Shown piece by piece: positions 57,626-64,000 of a stretch of DNA of 64,000 nt. Under the pieces are notes generated by a model. The model saw nothing but the letters and a program-made list of their open reading frames with translations. It had not been told where the DNA came from and made no database searches. Numbering within the stretch: the stretch's first letter is position 1; every line of letters starts with the position of its first letter. The DNA comes from Hyaloraphidium curvatum SAG 235-1 (lineage: Eukaryota; Fungi; Monoblepharomycota), in contig JAIVFI010000025.1 in NCBI GenBank assembly GCA_025558095.1, forward strand, positions 124,001-188,000. Reading direction: 5' to 3'. Both the position numbers and the translations under genes were made by a program.

Positions 57626-58723
57626 CTAGAGCTTCGTCAGCGGTTTCTTGGGCACGCCCGCGTTCTTCAAAATGTTCAGCGGCCCCGTCTTCTTGACAAA
57701 CTCGATCTCCTCCTCCGTCGTGGCGACGATGAGCCCGCTGAGCCCCATGCTGCGCCCGGCGTCAGCTGCGTCCGATCCGATCGCAACGCGCGGGCGGCTC
57801 CCACCTGTGGATGTGGATCCCCGGCCTCGGCTCCGTCCTCGGCACCACAAAGATCCAGCTCGGCGTGAGCATCAGGTTGCTCCCCGGCGCCTCCGGAACA
57901 AAGCCCATGTCGTACCCGACGTCGACCTCGTTCAGCTTCCTCACGCCGTCCGCGCCCAGCGCCAGCTCCATCAGCTTCACGTAGCACACGTGGAGGTCCG
58001 CGAGGTCGGCCTTGGGGGGTATCGGCGCGAGCACGTGGTGGAACGGCAGGCTGGGGAGCTGGAACGGCGCGTAGGGCTTGATCCCGTTGGACCGGACGTG
58101 CGCCTCCACGGCCGCCGTGAGGGGCATCTTGTACGGGAGCACCTGCAGGTGCCGGTGCGCGACCGAGGCGCCAGAGGCCAGTCCGTTGTTGTGGAAGCCA
58201 AACGCGTCGGGGCCGTAGCCCTGCATCAGGGACCACATGGCGCCGAGCTCGGAGCGGTCGAGGACACAGGACTGCTGCTTGAAGCCTGCCACAACACGTC
58301 AGGCGGGCCCGGGAGGCTCCGCCGCGCCACGCACCCTTCGTGGTCAGCAGAATGTGGTTCTCAATGACGGTAAACTTGTTCATGACGACGTTGTAGTCGT
58401 CGTTGGCCTGCCCGACGAGCAACTCCGGCTGGGGAGGAAGGAACGGGTTGAAGGGTTTCCTGGGGCCGCTCGGGGGCGCCGGCGGCGCCGGGCCGGGCTT
58501 GATCGCGAACGCCGGCGCGTGCAGGATGTCGAACTGGGCGCGATTGGCGTCAGGCAGGGAGGCATCGGCGACGGGGAATGGTGCGGACCTGGATCCCGTT
58601 GTCGTCGATGCGGGTCGTGGTCGACGGCGCAAAGACGAGGTCTTTGGAGGCCATCGCGGCCTGGAACTGCCGCCGCACGAGATTCATGACGTTGCCGGTG
58701 TTCACCGACGCCAGCGAAGCCAT
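57626..58723 (-). CDS. ATP adenylyltransferase / Ap4A phosphorylase (Apa1/2-like)
   Basis: KPFNPFLPP, MNKF, SGASVAHRHLQ (HxHxQ), NLMLT..WIFVVPR; three introns. Confidence 0.9.
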
Positions 58724-58846
58724 CGCGGCCGTCCCGGGGTTCTGTTTCCGGGAACTGATCGGAGTTGTCTCCCCGCGCCTCCACCATCGCCTCCTCGCTT
58801 CAGTCGCGCCCGGGGCACATCGGCCGCTCGCGAGTCCCGCATCGCA

Positions 58847-61338
58847 ATGAATCCCGCATCGACCCGCGCCGCCGTGGCGCCGGAGCTGCTGGACGGCAGC
58901 GGAATCCCGCAGCTCGTCGCGCGCATGACCGCGGAAGAGAAGTGCGGGCTCCTCTCCGGGCGGGCTTGGTGGGACACGCGTGCAGTTCCACGCCTCGGGA
59001 TTCCTTCGCTCTACATGACGGACGGGCCCCACGGCGTGCGCAAGACCGTCGTCACGGGGAAGCAGATCAGCAGCGAGCCCGCGACGTGCTTCCCGACGGC
59101 CTGCGCGCTCGCCTGCACTTGGGACACGGCGCTGATGGAGAAGCTGGGCGCCACGCTCGCGCTCGAGGCCCGAAGCCAGGACGTCGGGGTCCTTCTCGGG
59201 CCCGGGATCAACATCAAGCGATCTCCCCTGTGCGGCCGCAACTTTGAGTACCTGTCGGAGGATCCGTTCCTTTCTGGCTCCCTCGCGGCCGCATATGTCA
59301 AGGGCCTCCAGGCCAACGGCGTCGGGTGCAGCCTCAAGCACTTTGCGGTAAACAACCAGGAGAGCTCCAGGATGGGCGTCTCGGCCCAGGTGGACCAAAG
59401 GACCCTGCGCGAGATATACCTGCCCGCGTTCGAGCAGGTGGTGAAGGAGGCCGATCCGTGGACGGTCATGTGCTCGTGAGCAGCTCCGGGTGCGGTCGTT
59501 GATTCGGAGTTTACATTCCCCTCCAGGTACAATCGGATCAATGGGGTCTACGCATCGGAGGATCCGTGGCTCCTCACTGAGCTGCTGCGCGACGAATGGG
59601 GTTTCAAGGGCCTCGTGGTGTCCGATTGGGTTCGTTTTATGTTGCGGTCTTTCGTGGGAGACGACCTCTTACTGTCAAGCATACTGCCAAACAGGGAGCG
59701 GTCAATACGAGCCCTGCCGCCGTTTCAGCCGGCCTCGACCTTGAGATGCCGAGCACGGGCAAGCACAGCGTCGAGCTCCTCCTCGCCGCGCTCCGCGACG
59801 GCAAGATCAAGGAATCCGACGTCGACACGGCCTGCGTGCGGGTCCTCCGCCTCATCCACCGCTCGCTCTCGCACCCTACCGCCCGGCTCCCGAAGCCGGT
59901 GCTGCCGGTCGACGAGCACCACGCGCTTGCCCGGCGCATGGCCGCGGACTCGATCGTCCTCCTCAAGAACGACGGGCTGCTCCCGCTGGACCCGAAGAAG
60001 AAGCAGCGGATCGCCGTCGTCGGAGCGTTCGCGGCCGACCCCCGGTACCAGGGCGCGGGCAGCTCCAAGGTCAACCCGACAAAGGTCGACTGCGCGCTGG
60101 ACGAGATCCGAAAGGCCCTGGACGGCACGGGATCGGAAGTTTCGTACTCGGAGGGGTTCAAGATGGAGGGCGGTACGGACGCCCAGCTCGTCGCCGACGC
60201 TGTCCGGGCAGTAAAGGATGCCGACACGGTCCTCCTCTTTCTGGGCCTGCCTGCCGCCCTGGAATCCGAGGGCTTCGATCGCCAGAGCATCTTCCTGCCG
60301 GCCTCGCAGCTCGCCCTCCTCCGCGCCGTCGCCGCCGTGCAGCCCCGCACGGCGGTCTGCCTCTCCAACGGCGGCGTCGTCAGCACGGCGGAATGGTCCC
60401 CGTCGGCCGCGGCGGTGCTGGAATGCTGGCTCGGCGGGCAGGCCTCGGGCGGCGCGGTCGCGGACGTCCTCTTCGGCGCGGTGAACCCGAGCGGGCGGCT
60501 GTCGGAGACCTTGCCCCTGAGGATCGAGGACACGCCGTGCTTCCTGCATTTCCCGGGGGACGTGGACCGGGTGGAGTACCGGGAGGGAGTGTTTGTCGGC
60601 TACCGGCACTACGAATCTGTCGGGGTACCGGTCGCGCACGAGTTTGGATTCGGGCTGTCTTACACGACCTTCGAATACTCGGACCTCGCCCTGTCTTCCT
60701 CCGAGCTGGGCCCCAAGGACGAGCTCGAAGTGTCGTTCACCGTGCGCAACACGGGCTCCCGCGCGGGCCGGGAGGTTGCGCAGCTGTACGTCGCGCCCGC
60801 GCCGCCTCCCCCGAAGACCCTGCTCGACCCGCCGGTGGACCGGAGCAGGCCGGCCAAGGAGCTGCGCGCATTCGCAAAGACGCGCGAGCTGCAGCCCGGG
60901 GAAACGGAGAGGGTGTCGTTGCGACTGGGGAGGAGGGCCTTCAGCAAGTGGGAGCCGAACAAGGGGTGGACCGTCGAGATCTCGAGGTTCCTCGTCATGG
61001 TCGGCGCCTCGTGCGGCGACATCCGCATCAAGGCGGAAGTGAAGATCTTTTCCGACCCCGTCCCGTTCTCGCGGGACACGCCGATCAGGCGCTTCGTGGA
61101 GCAAGGGAACCCCGAGGTGCTCGCGGTGCTGAAGCCCGCGCTGCCTTTCGACGTCGGGGTAGCGCGAGCGCTGCTCCGGGGAGACCAACCGGAGGGGGAA
61201 GCCGATACCATGATGGTGGCTTCATTCGTCGGGATGCCGCTTCACAAGGCCACGGGATGGAGCCGGGGTTTCGTGACCGAGGCCCTGATCAAGCGCGTCG
61301 TGGACTTGGCGAACGGCAAGGGCATCGTCAAGCTTTAG
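58847..61338 (+). CDS. Glycoside hydrolase family 3 beta-glucosidase (no signal peptide)
   Basis: TDGPHGVR, GRNFEYLSEDP, KHFAVNN, SDW nucleophile motif, ESEGFDR, Fn3-like C-terminal domain; two introns. Confidence 0.95.
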
Positions 61339-61430
61339 TCGCACATGTTTATTGTGAAGGAATCAAGTGCAATTTACCGCTCGCATGCAACCATGTCCTT
61401 GAGTACTTCCGGGCCGCCCAGCGTTTCCGC

Positions 61431-64000
61431 CTACACCTCGGCCTTCGTGCCTTCCGATTGCGTGTCCGCGCCCTCGAGGTCCTCCTTGACCTCCGGCTTG
61501 AGGTCCTCCTTGACCTCGGCCTTCATTTTGGCTTCCGTGACGGGCGGGCTTTGGTCCTGGTATGCAAGCCCCTTCTCCAAGTCTCCCTTCAGTGCGGGCT
61601 TGGTGTCCGTCGCTTCGCCCATCTCCGGCTCCATGATCTTGTCAGCGGCAGCATACTTGGCTGCAACGCTGTCATCCTCGATCGGCAGCTTCCGCCCCGC
61701 CCAGCGCCAGGCGGGATCCGTGTCCCACACCTTCTTGGCGGCAAAGAAGAGGAGCACGGTGCCGGCGCTCCAGCAGAAGGCGACGAGGAGGTAGCCGAAC
61801 CAGAGCTCGTCCGTGGCACGGGCGACCCCGATGCACACGGCATGCTGAAGGATGTACGTGTCCTCGGCAATGCTTTGGCAAGAAAGAAGCTCGTCGAAGA
61901 GATCGTCTATCTTGCCGGCGACGTTCCTTGTGGCGTTCTTGACGGTGCTGGCCACCTCGACCGACTTTGTCGTGAGGAACGCCCGAGTGGTATTCATGAC
62001 CCGCTCGACACTGTTGGCCAGGTTGTCCAAAGCGAGCTGGAGGGTTTCCAATGCGTCTCGGGCGGCGGTGCTGGCGCTGGCGACAGCACTGTTTGCAGCC
62101 GACATGTCGGCAGCGGGACCCGCGTCCATGGCATTGATCTGCAAAACCAGGTCCTCGGCAGCACGCTCTACCCTGAGAATCGCCGCCTGCACGGCGTCCG
62201 GGGTGCCTGGCAGCACCTGATCCTCGGCGACACTGGATGCGAGCGCCGCAACGTCGGACCTCATGCGACCAAAGACGGCACCAAAGAGCGGGCGATTGCC
62301 GAGGTTCTGCAGAGGAGCAAGAACCTGCCTGATGAGGTCCAACAGCTCCGTGACGGCCTCGCGCAGCTTCGCCTGGACTTTGTCCATGCCGTCGTTGACG
62401 AAATCCACCGCCTTGTCCACCCCTGCGTCAATGGCAGCGTTGATCTCGTCGTTCTTTTCGCCGTTCAGGAGCTCCGACAGCTCTCGCACCGCAGCAGCGG
62501 CCTTTTGCCAGCCCTCCTTTTGAACGAAGGGCAGCTGCAGTTGTGCGAGCAGCTCGTAGATCACTTCCACCGCGCTCTGACCCGCAGCGCATTGCAAGCG
62601 CGCGGCGAAGATAGCGTTGACGTCCACGTTCGTGATGTTGATCCCGAGGAGCTGGTTCAGAGTAGGCAGGAGGGGCTCGAGCTTGTTGGCCCCGACCGCT
62701 TGGCAGGTGGAAGCGATGGCAATGGCGACGGCAATGAACAAAACGGCGAAAATGAACCCAATGACACCAATAGTGAAGCTGGCGAGCAGGCAGTGGCCGA
62801 CAAGTCGCGGGTTCCTCAGGTAAATTCCGACAAAGACGACAATCATCGCGACGACGGAGGCGATCAACATCAGGGATGCAAAAGCAAGGTTCACGGAGTC
62901 CACTTTGCGCAGAAGAGAGATCAAGGCTTGCCACTGCTGGTCGCTGCGAGGCGGCAGGGGCATCGGTCAACGCGCTGATGCATGAAAGGCGCTAAGGACC
63001 CCCAACTTACACATTGCTCAGGAAGTTGAGCATCGGTGCAATGTCCTCGTTCCAGATCGTCTCGATCTTCTGAATGATGGCTCTGGCGGGCGGGGACAGG
63101 ATGCCCAAAACGTAGCGCGCAGCAGCCGCGGCCCCCCCTCGCAGCTTCTGGGCAAACGCCGTCCCGTTGTATCCGAGAAGAGCTTCCTCAGTTTCGTCGA
63201 GGATCTTCTCGACCTTGTCGACGAAAGTCTCAAGCTTGCCCGCTTCTGTAGCCGGATCCGAGTCGTCCGTGGCAAGAGCCTCCCCTTGGGCAGGAACGGC
63301 CAGGGGATTCCTCAGCTCGATGTTGATGGCATCGCGCACCCTGGACCCGACCGCGTCCGCGGCTGACGACAGAGCCCGCTTCGCAACCGCCTTGGGGCCG
63401 GAGGTCGCGTTCAGGATCCCGATCCGCTCCCGCACGGCCTGCAGCTTGTCCCGGGCGTCCGCCATGTTCTGGCCGGCCTGCTGCACCGCGGGCTCAATCG
63501 CAACCAGAGCCTCCTGGAGGGGAATGCGAGACATGGCCAGGTCAAACGCCTGATGGATCGTGGAGTTCAAATCCGAGAACACGTAGTTGCCAAAGGGCAG
63601 AATGCCGATCACTTTGAGGCCAGAGAGGGTGAAAAGATCATCAACTGCCGTGTTTGCAGTTTTCATTGATTCGCTGAACTTGACTGCACCGTCCATGAAG
63701 CAGATTGATGACCAGATCACGAATGCAACCGTGCAGAGGAGGATGAAGGAGGGGAGAAGGTGCCTCTTGGCCGAAAACGGCCTAGAAAAGTTGAGCGGCT
63801 TCTCCACGTAGCGCTTCACGAGCGCAGGGTGGATCTTGGCGCAGAAAACGATGCCGACAACGACGGTGATCAGCGCCAAGACGATCCAAATGATGCACAT
63901 GATGGCCGCCGGCTTGTAGACCTCCCAGACCGTCTGCGCATCGAGGACCTGCCCGGGCTCGATCGCCTGCTCTTTCACAAGAAGGTCGCGAAGCGCCGCC
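61431..64000 (-). CDS. Prominin-like five-TM membrane protein (5' end beyond window)
   Basis: Topology TM-TM-long helical loop-TM-TM-long loop-TM; pre-TM5 motif SCQSI...AVC...DELWFG...FFAAKK resembles prominin; intron near 62944-63009. Confidence 0.6.

Noticed and set aside
57626-61338. PTS1-like C-termini (TKL, VKL; also SSL on the amine oxidase) suggesting a peroxisomal cluster
   Set aside because: Non-canonical tripeptides; only the hydratase AKI is backed by family knowledge.
1-64000. Prokaryotic origin, operons or defence systems
   Set aside because: Spliceosomal introns throughout and eukaryote-specific genes (RPS14, NOP7, KU80).

Overview
Gene-dense, very GC-rich eukaryotic DNA with many short (mostly ~50-60 nt) spliceosomal introns and fungal-type branch points (CTRAC-like). 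The gene content fits an early-diverging, chytrid-grade fungus. A monoblepharid such as Hyaloraphidium is only a guess. About 38 protein-coding loci were reconstructed by hand across introns. They include housekeeping genes (RPS14, pescadillo/NOP7, KU80), transporters, a P450, a GH3 glucosidase and several bacterial-type genes. Highlights: (1) A family of TKL-type kinases with shared intron positions: a receptor-like kinase head-to-head with an ankyrin kinase, and a triple-kinase gene whose third domain is a catalytically degenerate, frameshifted paralog of the receptor kinase domain. (2) An organelle-targeted bacterial-type release factor 2 with intact GGQ but rewritten stop-codon-reading elements (SPF to TPN). 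(3) A tandem limonene-epoxide hydrolase and a Baeyer-Villiger monooxygenase fragment that both lack 5' ends and are joined intron-to-intron. (4) Long RPS14 introns, the first closed by a 14-bp stem. (5) A prominin-like five-TM protein. No rRNA, tRNA, CRISPR array or transposon was recognised. All exon structures and family calls come from manual reading and motif recognition; no database search was run.
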